Source: an uncultured Nitrospiraceae bacterium (lineage in GTDB: Bacteria > Nitrospirota > Thermodesulfovibrionia > Thermodesulfovibrionales > Dissulfurispiraceae). From it: a stretch of DNA of 64,000 nt. Positions 1 through 10,137 of this stretch are shown piece by piece (the stretch's first letter is position 1; each line of letters begins with the position of its first letter). The stretch is taken from NCBI GenBank assembly GCA_963727805.1, contig CAVSHF010000005.1:832001-896000 (forward strand). Direction: 5' to 3'. The notes under the pieces were generated by a model. It saw nothing but the letters and a program-made list of their open reading frames with translations. It searched no databases and had not been told where the DNA came from. Both the position numbers and the translations under genes were made by a program.

Positions 1-17
1 ATACAAAGACCGACGCC

Positions 18-551
18 ATGGATGCGCAGGCATATCTCGAAAAAGGGAATGCTTACTTCAACGAGAAACAATATGATGAGGCCATCCAGAACTATGGAAA
101 GGCTTTATCGATGAAATCGGACTTCCCCGACGCGTACTATAACCGTGGCCTCGCCTATTACAAGAGGGGCCGATACTCAGAGGCAGTCGCCGACTTTACT
201 AAGGTCCTTGAAGTGAACCCTAACTATACCGAGGTGTATTATAACCGAGGTCTTGCCCACTACAAAAAAGGACATCATGAGAAGGCTATTGAAGACTACA
301 CAAAGGCCATATCCCTGAACCCTAACCTTGCAGAGGTCTATCTTGATCGAGGCATCGCTTACGCATATAATAAGCAATATGAAGAGGCCATCGATGACTA
401 CAACAAGGCGATTCTGCTAAGACCCAATTATGAGTCCGCCTATTTTAACAGGGGCGTGGCCTATACGCGTAAGGCCGCAGCTGATTTCAGGAAGGTCTGC
501 GACATGGGGAATAAGTTGGCGTGCGATAACTTCAAGCAGATTTCTGATTGA
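18..551 (+). CDS. Tetratricopeptide repeat protein
   Basis: Repeated 34-aa units of the form AYYNRGLAYYKxGxxxxAIxDYxKAIxLxPN. Confidence 0.9.
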   Translation: MDAQAYLEKGNAYFNEKQYDEAIQNYGKALSMKSDFPDAYYNRGLAYYKRGRYSEAVADFTKVLEVNPNYTEVYYNRGLAHYKKGHHEKAIEDYTKAISLNPNLAEVYLDRGIAYAYNKQYEEAIDDYNKAILLRPNYESAYFNRGVAYTRKAAADFRKVCDMGNKLACDNFKQISD

Positions 552-566
552 AAACTTAACGGGTTT

Positions 567-1193
567 ATGAGCGACGAATTATTCAATCACAGCTTACCTC
601 TGCTGTTACAGGTGCCGAAGCTCGATCGGCGCGTCAACATCTCCGTGATCGGCTGGCAAAAGGACCTTTTCCTGCTTACAAACCTGCCTTACATTAACGA
701 AAAACCGGTGAAGCTCAAAGTCGAAGACAACTGCATTATACGGTTTTTGCGAGGTGATGATGCTTATGGTTTTCAAACATCTATCATCTCAGTACAATTC
801 TTCCCTGCGCCTCTTATATTTTTTAAATATCCTCTTAACATCGACAAGACACCATTCCGGAAGTCGAAGAGGTTTAGGCTGAATATCGCGGCAAAACTTC
901 TCAATCCTCAGGATGTTCACAACTACGACGTCGAAATTGCCGATATCAGCGAGACAGGATGCAGGGTTAAGGTCAATAATGGGGAAGAAGTAGCCCCACC
1001 AGCAGGCACACGTTTTTATCTCACCTTCAATATTCTCGAAAAAGGAATCGAGGCGGACTGCATTCTCCGTAATGTCCGAAGCCTGGACGATGCCCTTTTC
1101 CTCGGCATGGAATTCACCTCGATATCAAAGACAAACAGGGAAACCATCGCTGCCTTCATAGAGATGCTGTCCCGGGTTATTAGCAATCCTTAA
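567..1193 (+). CDS. Flagellar brake-like PilZN/PilZ c-di-GMP binding protein
   Basis: RxxxR (RKSKR) and DxSxxG (DISETG) PilZ motifs, plus an N-terminal PilZN-like region. Confidence 0.85.
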   Translation: MSDELFNHSLPLLLQVPKLDRRVNISVIGWQKDLFLLTNLPYINEKPVKLKVEDNCIIRFLRGDDAYGFQTSIISVQFFPAPLIFFKYPLNIDKTPFRKSKRFRLNIAAKLLNPQDVHNYDVEIADISETGCRVKVNNGEEVAPPAGTRFYLTFNILEKGIEADCILRNVRSLDDALFLGMEFTSISKTNRETIAAFIEMLSRVISNP

Positions 1194-1346
1194 CCGCCTA
1201 TCTTCTATTTTCTTTGTCATTCTTTATTTGTCTGCCTGCCATGTTAAACTATCCTGTCTGTCACTTCTCTGATAGGAATTTAGTGGGTCAGGAACATCCG
1301 TCGGAATTGAAAAGGAAATTTACCGAAATCCTTAGGAGATGAAAGC

Positions 1347-2519
1347 GTGATAAAAACAGGACTCGACTGGTTCGATAAAAGATGGCCCAGAACACTCGCC
1401 GGCTCAAAAGTGGCCCTACTCATCCACCCCGCCTCGATAAATAGCACGCTTGAACACGCATCATCCCTCTTTCTCCAGTCGCCAAAGTTCGAGGTGATGG
1501 CATTCTTCGGTCCGCAGCACGGCATTCGTGGAGAGACGCAGGATAACATGATCGAGTGGAAAGGGTTTCGGGACCGGAGGAGTGGCCTTCCTGTATACAG
1601 TCTTTACAGCGAAACCAGAAAACCGAGTGCGGCCATGCTTAAAGACATCGACGCAGTCGTCGTGGACCTGCAGGACGTTGGTGCCCGTTATTACACGTTT
1701 ATCTGGACCATGGAGCTCTGTATGCAGGCGTGTGCCGAAATGGGCAAATCGGTTGTCATCCTCGATAGGCCTAATCCACTGAGCGGATCAATTATTGACG
1801 GTACCGTTTTATCGTCGTCTTTCGCATCATTTGTCGGACTTCGCCCTCTTCCGATTCTCCACGGAATGACCTTAGCAGAAATCGCCCTCTACATCAAACA
1901 CGAATATTATCCTTCTCTTGATCTACACATTATTCCGGTAACAGGATGGATGCGGTCCCAGTGGTTTGATGCAACGGGACTTCAATGGGTATTGCCCTCT
2001 CCCAACATGCCGACCCTCGATACAGCAACTGTTTATCCTGGGATGTGCCTTCTCGAGGGGACTGTGCTAAGCGAAGGGCGCGGTACAACACGCCCATTCG
2101 AAATCTTCGGCGCACCTTTCATCGACCCTGATAGGCTAGTCGCGAGGCTTGACGAATTCAAGCTTCCCGGTGTCGTGTTCAGACCTCTCTATTTCCAGCC
2201 TACTTTCCAGAAGCACGTGGACAGGATTTGCGGAGGCGCGCAAATCCATGTTATCGATAGAAGGAGATTCAAGTCCTTCAAAACAGGCGTAGCAGTGCTC
2301 AAGGCCATCCATGATCTTCATCACAGACAGCCCCTCTGGAAATCGCCTCCTTATGAGTATGAAGCTGAGAAGATGCCGATCGACATCCTTGCAGGAAATG
2401 ACTGGTTGAGAACTTCTCTCGAACAAGGAGAAGAACTCGATCAAATGGAGGCGCGATGGAGCACGGAATGCGCCTCTTTCGGGAAGAAGGTCAGAAGTAA
2501 ATACCTTATCTATGAGTAA
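1347..2519 (+). CDS. DUF1343 / NamZ-like exo-beta-N-acetylmuramidase
   Basis: FGPQHGIRG, DLQDVGARYYT, LDRPNP, PSPNMP and SEGRGTTRPFE motifs. Confidence 0.9.
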   Translation: MIKTGLDWFDKRWPRTLAGSKVALLIHPASINSTLEHASSLFLQSPKFEVMAFFGPQHGIRGETQDNMIEWKGFRDRRSGLPVYSLYSETRKPSAAMLKDIDAVVVDLQDVGARYYTFIWTMELCMQACAEMGKSVVILDRPNPLSGSIIDGTVLSSSFASFVGLRPLPILHGMTLAEIALYIKHEYYPSLDLHIIPVTGWMRSQWFDATGLQWVLPSPNMPTLDTATVYPGMCLLEGTVLSEGRGTTRPFEIFGAPFIDPDRLVARLDEFKLPGVVFRPLYFQPTFQKHVDRICGGAQIHVIDRRRFKSFKTGVAVLKAIHDLHHRQPLWKSPPYEYEAEKMPIDILAGNDWLRTSLEQGEELDQMEARWSTECASFGKKVRSKYLIYE

Positions 2520-4392
2520 AAGTTTTAATTGCTTTATCCTCGCCGCAGGGTACGGCGAACGTCTGCAACCTATCACTAATTATATCCCCAAGCCGCTTCT
2601 TCCCATCCTTGGGAAGCCCCTGCTCGAATCGATCATCGAGAAGATCATTGCCCTTCCCTCCGACAAAATTAGGATCGACAAAATCGGGATAAACCTTCAC
2701 CACAAGAAAGAGGCCATTCAAGAATGGACCGAAAAATCGCCCTTTAATGCCCGGATTGTCCTATTCCCTGAAAACTCAATACTCAACACCGGAGGGGCGC
2801 TGAAGAATGCGGAGTCGTTTCTGGCTGGTAGCGATTTCATCGTGCATAACGGCGATATCATCTCCGATATCGATATACTCGCTTTGGCAGAATACCACCA
2901 TTGTGAAAAAAACCTCGTGACCCTTGCGGTCCACGACTATCCGCAGTTTAATAATGTGGTAATAGACAGGGATGGGTTGCTCAAAAGAGTCGTAAAGACG
3001 AATGTACTGCGTGATGGATATAAGCGCGCAGTTGCCTTTACCGGCATTGCAGCTTACTCCGAAGAGTTCCTCAGTTTCCTTCCGAAGCACGCATCCAGCA
3101 TTATCGATGCATGGATGAAAGCTACGGCGTCCGGTCATCGCATCGGCACTTTCGATGTCACCGGATGCTCATGGAGCGACATTGGCAGTCCCTCCTCTTA
3201 TGTTTCTGCGGTTATTCTCGCACTGAGGAATGACGGAGAAGCTGCCCATATCGCCCCCTCCACTCTAGGCTGTGAAGATGTCCACCTTGATGGCAATATT
3301 GTGATAGAGAATGGCTGCACTCTAGGCAAGGGCTCTTCATTGGAGAACTGCATCGTCCTTCCCAACGGCTGTGTAGAGAAGGGGGCCACCTATTCAAACT
3401 GCATCGTCGGGCCTGATTATGTCATCCCTATCGATGAATCAGCATTCTTACTGGTGACCGACAAAGGAACACTCATTGGCACCGGAGGCTCTGACAGAAG
3501 CTATTTCAGGACACGAAACGAGAGCGGTACCGTGATTTTTATGCAATGCCGACATGAAGACCCTGACTTTTCACGCCACATAGAATATACAGCTTTTTTT
3601 AGAAAATACAGCATACCCGTACCCGAGATGTTCGGTGCAGACTTAGAAAATAGATCTGTCTATTTTGAAGATCTGGGAGACCTTTCTCTTTATACGTGGC
3701 TTAAATGCCCTCGCTGCGACAGGACGATTGAAGAAGCATATCGGCGTGTCATAGACATCCTTGTCCAGCTCCATTGCGAAGCTTCGGAGCACGTATCTGA
3801 GTGCCCTGCACTTGCAGACCGCATCTTCGATTATGCTTATCTAAGATGGGAAACTGACTACTTTACAGAAAGATTTGTTAGGGGACTTAAAAACATAGAA
3901 ATCGGCGATGCTTCCTCTCTTGCTGATGAATTTCACCGGCTCGCGCTTAGAACAGGTGCCTTCACCAAAAGAATCATCCATCGCGATTTCCAGTCGCAGA
4001 ATATCATGATGACAAAAGGGGGCATCCCGCGCATCATTGATTATCAAGGGGCTCGGATGGCACCTCCCGCCTATGATGTCGCCTCAATTCTCTGGGACCC
4101 ATACGCGCCCCTGAGAGATGATCTCAGAGGAAGGCTGCTCGTTTATTATAAAGACAGAATGACTGAAAAGGCCGGGTCATGGTTTAAAACAGAGGAGTTT
4201 ACTGAATCACTGCTTTATTGCAGGCTCCAGCGGCATATGCAGGCCCTTGGCGCCTATGGTTTTCTTTCAACATTAAAAGGCAAAACCTACTTCCTCAAGC
4301 ACGTTCCCGAAGGACTGCGGCTCTTAAAAGAAGAAACAGATATGGTGAAGGAAGAATATCCCGTTCTTCATAATCTTGTTGCGCATTTGTGA
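2512..4392 (+). CDS. Fused nucleotidyltransferase (MurU-like) and aminoglycoside-phosphotransferase-family kinase (AmgK-like)
   Basis: N-terminal ILAAGYGERLQPIT..PKPL; C-terminal HRDFQSQN, IIDYQGAR and LQRHMQALGAYG; overlaps the NamZ-like gene. Confidence 0.85.
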   Translation: MSKSFNCFILAAGYGERLQPITNYIPKPLLPILGKPLLESIIEKIIALPSDKIRIDKIGINLHHKKEAIQEWTEKSPFNARIVLFPENSILNTGGALKNAESFLAGSDFIVHNGDIISDIDILALAEYHHCEKNLVTLAVHDYPQFNNVVIDRDGLLKRVVKTNVLRDGYKRAVAFTGIAAYSEEFLSFLPKHASSIIDAWMKATASGHRIGTFDVTGCSWSDIGSPSSYVSAVILALRNDGEAAHIAPSTLGCEDVHLDGNIVIENGCTLGKGSSLENCIVLPNGCVEKGATYSNCIVGPDYVIPIDESAFLLVTDKGTLIGTGGSDRSYFRTRNESGTVIFMQCRHEDPDFSRHIEYTAFFRKYSIPVPEMFGADLENRSVYFEDLGDLSLYTWLKCPRCDRTIEEAYRRVIDILVQLHCEASEHVSECPALADRIFDYAYLRWETDYFTERFVRGLKNIEIGDASSLADEFHRLALRTGAFTKRIIHRDFQSQNIMMTKGGIPRIIDYQGARMAPPAYDVASILWDPYAPLRDDLRGRLLVYYKDRMTEKAGSWFKTEEFTESLLYCRLQRHMQALGAYGFLSTLKGKTYFLKHVPEGLRLLKEETDMVKEEYPVLHNLVAHL

Positions 4393-4458
4393 TCCTTTTG
4401 TCCGATACAATTAACTTTCGATTCTATCTCTGAAGCAGACTTAGCACAAGCTTTCACT

Positions 4459-5934
4459 TCAGTTATTCGCATAGTCATTATAACTCATAAGAGTCAGGAT
4501 AGTAGAAACCCTTACCCGTTTGTCAAATAATACCTTTGGCAGAATCTTGATTATAAAATGCGATCGTTTCAGATTCGTAGAAAACAGAAATGTACACAGA
4601 CGTAAGGTAAAAAGAAGACGGTACCTGAATTTTATGGGGTCTATAATGTTCGAATGCTTCCAGAAGTTACTACCCCAGTAATAATTGAGCTTTCTGAGAA
4701 TTGCATCAAAGGAATAGACACTCCGAACGACTTTCCAGTAACCTTCAAGGAGCTCTTCCCGACTTAATAATGCCGGTTTGAACACTACATGTTTGGTATC
4801 GTACCCGCTCCAGTCCTTATGAACGATCCTGCCTTCTTCTTCGAGACGTTTAAAGAGCTTGGTGCCTGGGAATGGAGTGAGAATATTTATGACTGGCATC
4901 AAAAGATTCGTATTTTCTATGAAATTAATCAGTTCGTCAAAACTAGACTTAGTCTCGAAGTCATACCCGACTATGAAGGAACTGTGGACTAGAATTCCGT
5001 GAGACTGAATATTCTTAATCGCTGCAGCATAGTCATGCCTCAGGTTGACACCCTTATCCATGCGCGAAAGATTCTCTTTTGAAACGGACTCAAATCCTAT
5101 AAAAATCGAGCCGCAACCGCTCTCCTTCATCAAGGTCAGCGTTTCGTCATCCTCCCCAATATTGATTGAAGCCTGACATGACCAGTTTAGATTATAAGGC
5201 TTCAGCGCCTTAAAAAGCTCCCGGGCGAAATTCCTGTTAGCAATAATATTATCATCAGCAATAAAGATTGATTTCTTCTTGAAACGGGTAGGGTTGCTCT
5301 GCAAATGCAGGATCTCAGATACAACCTGATCGACCGTTTTATTCCTGATGCGTGTTCCATCAAAAGCATGCACGGAGCAAAATTCACAGTGAAAGGGGCA
5401 TCCCTTTGTCGTCTGAACGATGTCGACAAAATATTTTTCTCTGGAAAGTGCGTCCCATGCCGGAATAGGCGCTTTTGTGAGGTCTGAGTGGTCTTCTGCT
5501 TTATATATTCTCTTCAGCTCGCCCCTTTCCGCGTCTTCCAAGAGGGCATGCCACACATATTCAGCCTCGCCGATAACCACAGTATTGCAATATTGCAGGG
5601 CCTCTTCAGTGCACATTGAAGGATGAATGCCGCCCAACACGGTCTTTACCCCTCTTTCTCTAAACTGTCCCGATATCGAGTATGCTCTGTTTGCGCTCAT
5701 CGTCCTTACGCTGATGCCGGCAATATCCGCTCCCCAGTCATAATCTATCTGTTCGATGTTCTCATCAAAAACTCTGATCTGATGCCGTGAAGGTGTCAGT
5801 GAAACTAGGGTGGGGATGGCTAAATAATAGGTATAATAGTTCTTAGAAAATAGGAAGCGCGAAATAAAGTTGTGGTCGTAAAAACTCTTTTCGACTCGGT
5901 TACTGTTGAGTGGAATAATCAATGCTATCTTCAC
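4459..5934 (-). CDS. B12-binding domain radical SAM protein
   Basis: CPFHCEFC (CxxxCxxC), N-terminal cobalamin-binding GGIHPS..GEAE, and TPFPGT. Confidence 0.9.
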   Translation of the reverse strand: MKIALIIPLNSNRVEKSFYDHNFISRFLFSKNYYTYYLAIPTLVSLTPSRHQIRVFDENIEQIDYDWGADIAGISVRTMSANRAYSISGQFRERGVKTVLGGIHPSMCTEEALQYCNTVVIGEAEYVWHALLEDAERGELKRIYKAEDHSDLTKAPIPAWDALSREKYFVDIVQTTKGCPFHCEFCSVHAFDGTRIRNKTVDQVVSEILHLQSNPTRFKKKSIFIADDNIIANRNFARELFKALKPYNLNWSCQASINIGEDDETLTLMKESGCGSIFIGFESVSKENLSRMDKGVNLRHDYAAAIKNIQSHGILVHSSFIVGYDFETKSSFDELINFIENTNLLMPVINILTPFPGTKLFKRLEEEGRIVHKDWSGYDTKHVVFKPALLSREELLEGYWKVVRSVYSFDAILRKLNYYWGSNFWKHSNIIDPIKFRYRLLFTLRLCTFLFSTNLKRSHFIIKILPKVLFDKRVRVSTILTLMSYNDYANN

Positions 5935-6743
5935 AGATTATTATACGCCTTCTGGAGCTATAATTACTTCCTCCCTCTGATAAGCTGAGAAGTATCTTTA
6001 GCGTAGCGACCGACGGTTTCCGGATATCATCGCGGACCGGTTACATGCGGGATTGCAGCTAATGCTGACTGGACACTGCCAGTGGCTGCAGCTTGATGCT
6101 GGCATCAAAGTAGCGTCCTTCGGCTATGAGAGTCCTAGATAGGGGGAAATGGATGGGAAGATATGATTCGACAGCAGATCACGGCTTCAAAATGAAGAAT
6201 TTTAGTGCGACAGACGAACGATAAACGGTGTTATGTTTGCCTAAAACCTGATGAGCCCGTTAGTAAGATGTTTTGGTGTTAAGAGACGGTCGTAATTGGA
6301 GACGACGCAACACAAAGTTTTTGCTGTTGGCCGATGTCTGACTAGGGAAGGGGATGCCCGTATTTTGAAGTTCTTTATAGCAATGTGATGGTGAGAGCGG
6401 TTACTGGATCTTTAGAGCAAATCAAAGTCCTTTGGCCTTTCCGCGGCTTTGTCTGCGCAACTCTTATGGCCAATCTGCTTTTAAGTTTACAATCGACAAA
6501 ATATTTAGGAATGAGTGCTTGTCATATCATATGGACTGGCACTCGAAATGGCCCTTCATGCATAATGGATAAAGGAGTCTTTTTGTGGGGAGCAGACATT
6601 TGAGATATCTGGCTCGGGGTTGCAAGGCGACATTAACAGGGCCTTGACTTGCCTCAAAATCCAGTAGAATACAGTATCCCAATCAATGAAATCTGTTTCC
6701 GCTTAACTTTCCTTGAGAGGGATGCGAGACAAAGGAGGACTGC

Positions 6744-9116
6744 ATGAAAAATGAGCTTAACAGGAAAGATCATCTTTCTGCGGTCAAAGTCGTTGGAGTT
6801 TATGCCACAGTTGCCGTTCTATGGATCTACTTTATCGATAATATATTTGACTCCATCATACTGGATAGCGCCTTCTTTGTTAACAGTTCAGTTTTAAAAA
6901 CATTACTCTTTCTCATCGTGACGTCCGCGCTCCTCTATCGACTAATTATTCAGCATTTAGAGAAATCAAAACATATAGAGGAGAAACTGCGCGTGGACTT
7001 GAATCTCATAAATATCGCGCTAAAAGGCACTACAGACGTGATTTATATAAAAGACCGGGATGGGCGTTATCGACTGTTCAATTCTGCTGCGGGACACATG
7101 ATAGGCAAAACCGCTGAGGAAGTAATCGGCAAGGACGACACCAAAATATTTCAGGATGAACAGGCCATGCGCGTCATGGAACATGATCGTCAAGTCATGG
7201 ATGCACGCTGTGCTATTACCTATGAGGAATTTATCACCACAATCGATGGTATGGACCGTACTTTTCTCTCTACCAAGGGGCCGATCTTTGATGAAAAAAG
7301 GGAACTTTGTGGGCTGTTCGTTATCTCGCGGGACATTACCAGACGCAAGCAGGCGGAGAAAATGTTAATTGACAGTGAGGAACGATATCGACGTCTCTTC
7401 GAAGTCGAGTCCGATGCTGTTTTGCTGGTGGATCGCGAGACCGAACAGATTATTGACGCGAATGAGGCTGCACTGAAACTTTATGGATACAGTAAATTTG
7501 AATTCCTGCTTCTCAAAAATACCGATGTATCAGCAGAACCGGACAAAACCAGGCAGGCGATAGCTACGCTACAAACTAGAATTCCGTTGCGCTGGCACCG
7601 TAAAAAAGATGGCACCATATTTCCAGTAGAAATAGCTGCCAGTTATTTTGAATACCAAGGACACAAGATTCATGTAGCGGCAATACGAGACATCACGGAA
7701 CACAAGGAACTGCAGAACAGATTGAACGCAATTATGCTTGAACAAAGCGTTATCCTGGAAAACGCAAGTGTTGGCATTTCCTTGGTGAAAGACAGAAAGC
7801 AAATGTGGGCAAACCGGAAACTATCAGAGATTTTCGGCTATCCCATTGCGGCCATGGAGGGCCAAAGCACTCAAATGTTTTTCGCATCTTGTGGAGACCA
7901 TGAAAAACTGGGGCAGGAGGCATATCCTACAATCGCTCAGGGTGGTGTATACAGTACTGAACTGGAGCTGAAGCGAAGCGATGGAACTATTTTTTGGGGA
8001 AAGGTGCGAGGCAAAGCAATTAATACTTCGGATCCTTTAGCCGGCAGCATTTGGATCGTCGAGGACATCACGGAACGTAAGCGGATAGAGGCCGCCCTAG
8101 TTGAGAGTGAAATAAAATATCGCGCACTCGTTGAAAGTCTGCACGAAGGTGTTTGGATGATCGACAGTGATGAGAGTACAGTGTTCGTAAATTCACGTAT
8201 GGCAGAGATGCTAGGCTATACTGTGGAAGAGATGTTTGGGAAAAACATCATCTCTTTCATTGACCGATTCAGCTGGGAAACAGCAGAGAGATATTTCCAG
8301 AGACACAAGTGGGGCATAAAGGAGCGCCGCCGTTTTGACTTACGGCGAAAGGATGGAACGATACTAAATACTTCGGTGAGCACCTCTTCCCGTATTGACA
8401 GCAACGGCAAATATGCCGGGGCGATAGTCGGCGTAATAGATACTACTGAACAGCTACAATTGGAGCAGAAGATTCAACAGATCGGCATCACTGAGCGACA
8501 GCGACTAGGGCGTGATCTGCACGATGATCTCGGACAGCATCTCACAGGGATCGCCTTTATGTCCAAAGTGTTGGCTCAAAAACTCACACTGAAATTGTCT
8601 GAAGAGGCAACCGATGCCGGGACTGTATTAACCCTCATCAATGAGGCAATAAACAAGACGAGAAGTCTGGCACGAGGGTTCTGCCCTGTGGGACCAGGAG
8701 CTGAAAACATTATTTCGGGATTGAAGGCACTAGCGACAAAGGCCGAAACCATGTATGGAATATCCTGCAGTTTGGACGTAGACAACACGATAAGGATAAG
8801 AGACAACAATAAGTCAATGCAGCTTTGTTATATCGCCAAGGAAGCGATCAATAATGCAATCAGGCACGGTAGGGCAAAGAAAATATCGATTTCCCTGACT
8901 GCGGCAGATGATAAAATCTCACTCACGATAAGCGACGATGGGGTGGGGCTCCCGAAGCAATTGAGCTTCGATAAGGGTATGGGATTGGATATAATGATGT
9001 ATAGGGCTGGAATAATGAATGCTTTGCTGAATATACATGGTGGATCATCTGGGGGTACTGTGATCAGCTGTTCATTTAAAGAAAGCGATGGGGGGGCTGG
9101 GAGCATCGATCAATGA
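6744..9116 (+). CDS. Membrane multi-PAS sensor histidine kinase (HisKA_3 type)
   Basis: Two N-terminal TM helices, four PAS/PAC repeats (RDIT/EDIT), ERQRLGRDLHDDLGQ H-box, EAINNAIRHG and DDGVG. Confidence 0.92.
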   Translation: MKNELNRKDHLSAVKVVGVYATVAVLWIYFIDNIFDSIILDSAFFVNSSVLKTLLFLIVTSALLYRLIIQHLEKSKHIEEKLRVDLNLINIALKGTTDVIYIKDRDGRYRLFNSAAGHMIGKTAEEVIGKDDTKIFQDEQAMRVMEHDRQVMDARCAITYEEFITTIDGMDRTFLSTKGPIFDEKRELCGLFVISRDITRRKQAEKMLIDSEERYRRLFEVESDAVLLVDRETEQIIDANEAALKLYGYSKFEFLLLKNTDVSAEPDKTRQAIATLQTRIPLRWHRKKDGTIFPVEIAASYFEYQGHKIHVAAIRDITEHKELQNRLNAIMLEQSVILENASVGISLVKDRKQMWANRKLSEIFGYPIAAMEGQSTQMFFASCGDHEKLGQEAYPTIAQGGVYSTELELKRSDGTIFWGKVRGKAINTSDPLAGSIWIVEDITERKRIEAALVESEIKYRALVESLHEGVWMIDSDESTVFVNSRMAEMLGYTVEEMFGKNIISFIDRFSWETAERYFQRHKWGIKERRRFDLRRKDGTILNTSVSTSSRIDSNGKYAGAIVGVIDTTEQLQLEQKIQQIGITERQRLGRDLHDDLGQHLTGIAFMSKVLAQKLTLKLSEEATDAGTVLTLINEAINKTRSLARGFCPVGPGAENIISGLKALATKAETMYGISCSLDVDNTIRIRDNNKSMQLCYIAKEAINNAIRHGRAKKISISLTAADDKISLTISDDGVGLPKQLSFDKGMGLDIMMYRAGIMNALLNIHGGSSGGTVISCSFKESDGGAGSIDQ

Positions 9117-9808
9117 TGAAGACGGAGAATCAGGAACTTACAGCAAAAAGCACAACGCGTATATTTCTGGTTGATGATCACCCCATTGTACGCATGGGCC
9201 TTGCGCAGCTCATCAATCAGGAGGCGGGCTTTACAGTCTGTGGCGAAGCCGAGAACAGCGAGAAGGCTGTCATTGGCATAGCTGAGCAGATCCCTGATAT
9301 CATCATTATCGATCTCAGCTTGGGTGAAGGTAACGGTCTCGAGCTCATTAAAAGTTTAAGGGACACCAATCTGGAAGTAAAAATGCTCGTTCTATCTATA
9401 CACGATGAGGAAGTTTATGCGGAACGAGCATTGAGGGCGGGAGCTGGGGGATATATCATGAAACATGAGGCTGCTGAAACAGTCATCGCCGCGATCCGCA
9501 AAGTAATGAAAGGCGACATTTATTTAAGTGAAAGGATGTCTGGAAGGCTACTGAGCAAAATTTTCCATGGAAAGCTGACCCCATGTGCTCTGTCTCTCGA
9601 TCATCTCAGCGCCCGCGAACTGGAAGTCTTTCAACTGATTGGTGATGGCTGGAGTACGAAACAGATTGCGGAACGACTCGGCCTGAGCATTAAAACAATA
9701 GAAACGTACCGCGAGAAGATTAAGATCAAATTGACTCTGAAGGATTCATCCGAACTCCTAAGACAGGCGATTCGCTGGCGACAATATGAGTGTTCAACTA
9801 TTAAATAA
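9113..9808 (+). CDS. NarL/FixJ-family response regulator (REC + LuxR HTH)
   Basis: LVDDHPIVR..D..K receiver domain; LSARELEVF..IAERLGLSIKTIETYR HTH; overlaps the kinase stop. Confidence 0.93.
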   Translation: MMKTENQELTAKSTTRIFLVDDHPIVRMGLAQLINQEAGFTVCGEAENSEKAVIGIAEQIPDIIIIDLSLGEGNGLELIKSLRDTNLEVKMLVLSIHDEEVYAERALRAGAGGYIMKHEAAETVIAAIRKVMKGDIYLSERMSGRLLSKIFHGKLTPCALSLDHLSARELEVFQLIGDGWSTKQIAERLGLSIKTIETYREKIKIKLTLKDSSELLRQAIRWRQYECSTIK

Positions 9809-9884
9809 ACTCAGGCAACTGGAAGCCTGCTGCACCTCCTTGTCATATCGTATCAAGAGATTTCTCATAGCCTTCAAAATCCCC

Positions 9885-9930
9885 CCCCCCTATACTGTAT
9901 AGGTGATATCCCCTATATAGTATAGGGGGG
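9885..9930. promoter_or_regulatory. 46-bp near-perfect inverted repeat with nested palindromes, probable regulator-binding array upstream of the MCP
   Basis: cccccctatactgtataggtgat|atcccctatatagtatagggggg, two mismatches between arms. Confidence 0.55.
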
Positions 9931-10137
9931 AACCCCCCATCTTTGCTTCTAATTTCCCATGATAGACAATACTATCAGTTTTATGAACAATTAAAGACAG
10001 AAGACCCTGATAATGCAACGGCTTGGTTGAGACAATATGTGCGGATATTTAGAGCGAAGTTTATTCGGTCCGTCAAACTCCGATAGGCGAGACTGATTTG
10101 ACGTCATTATCTATATAAACTCTGCAGAGGTGAGAAT

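Noticed and set aside
6248..6300. CTGATGAG suggesting a hammerhead ribozyme
   Set aside because: No properly placed GAAA or supporting stems.
6537..6553. TGGCAC as a sigma54 promoter
   Set aside because: The -12 GC is not at the required spacing.
10060..10105. cgtcaaa...tttgacg hairpin in the MCP leader as a c-di-GMP riboswitch
   Set aside because: Lacks the GEMM consensus (GGCAAAC..GAAA..GACGCAAA); only a 7-bp stem.
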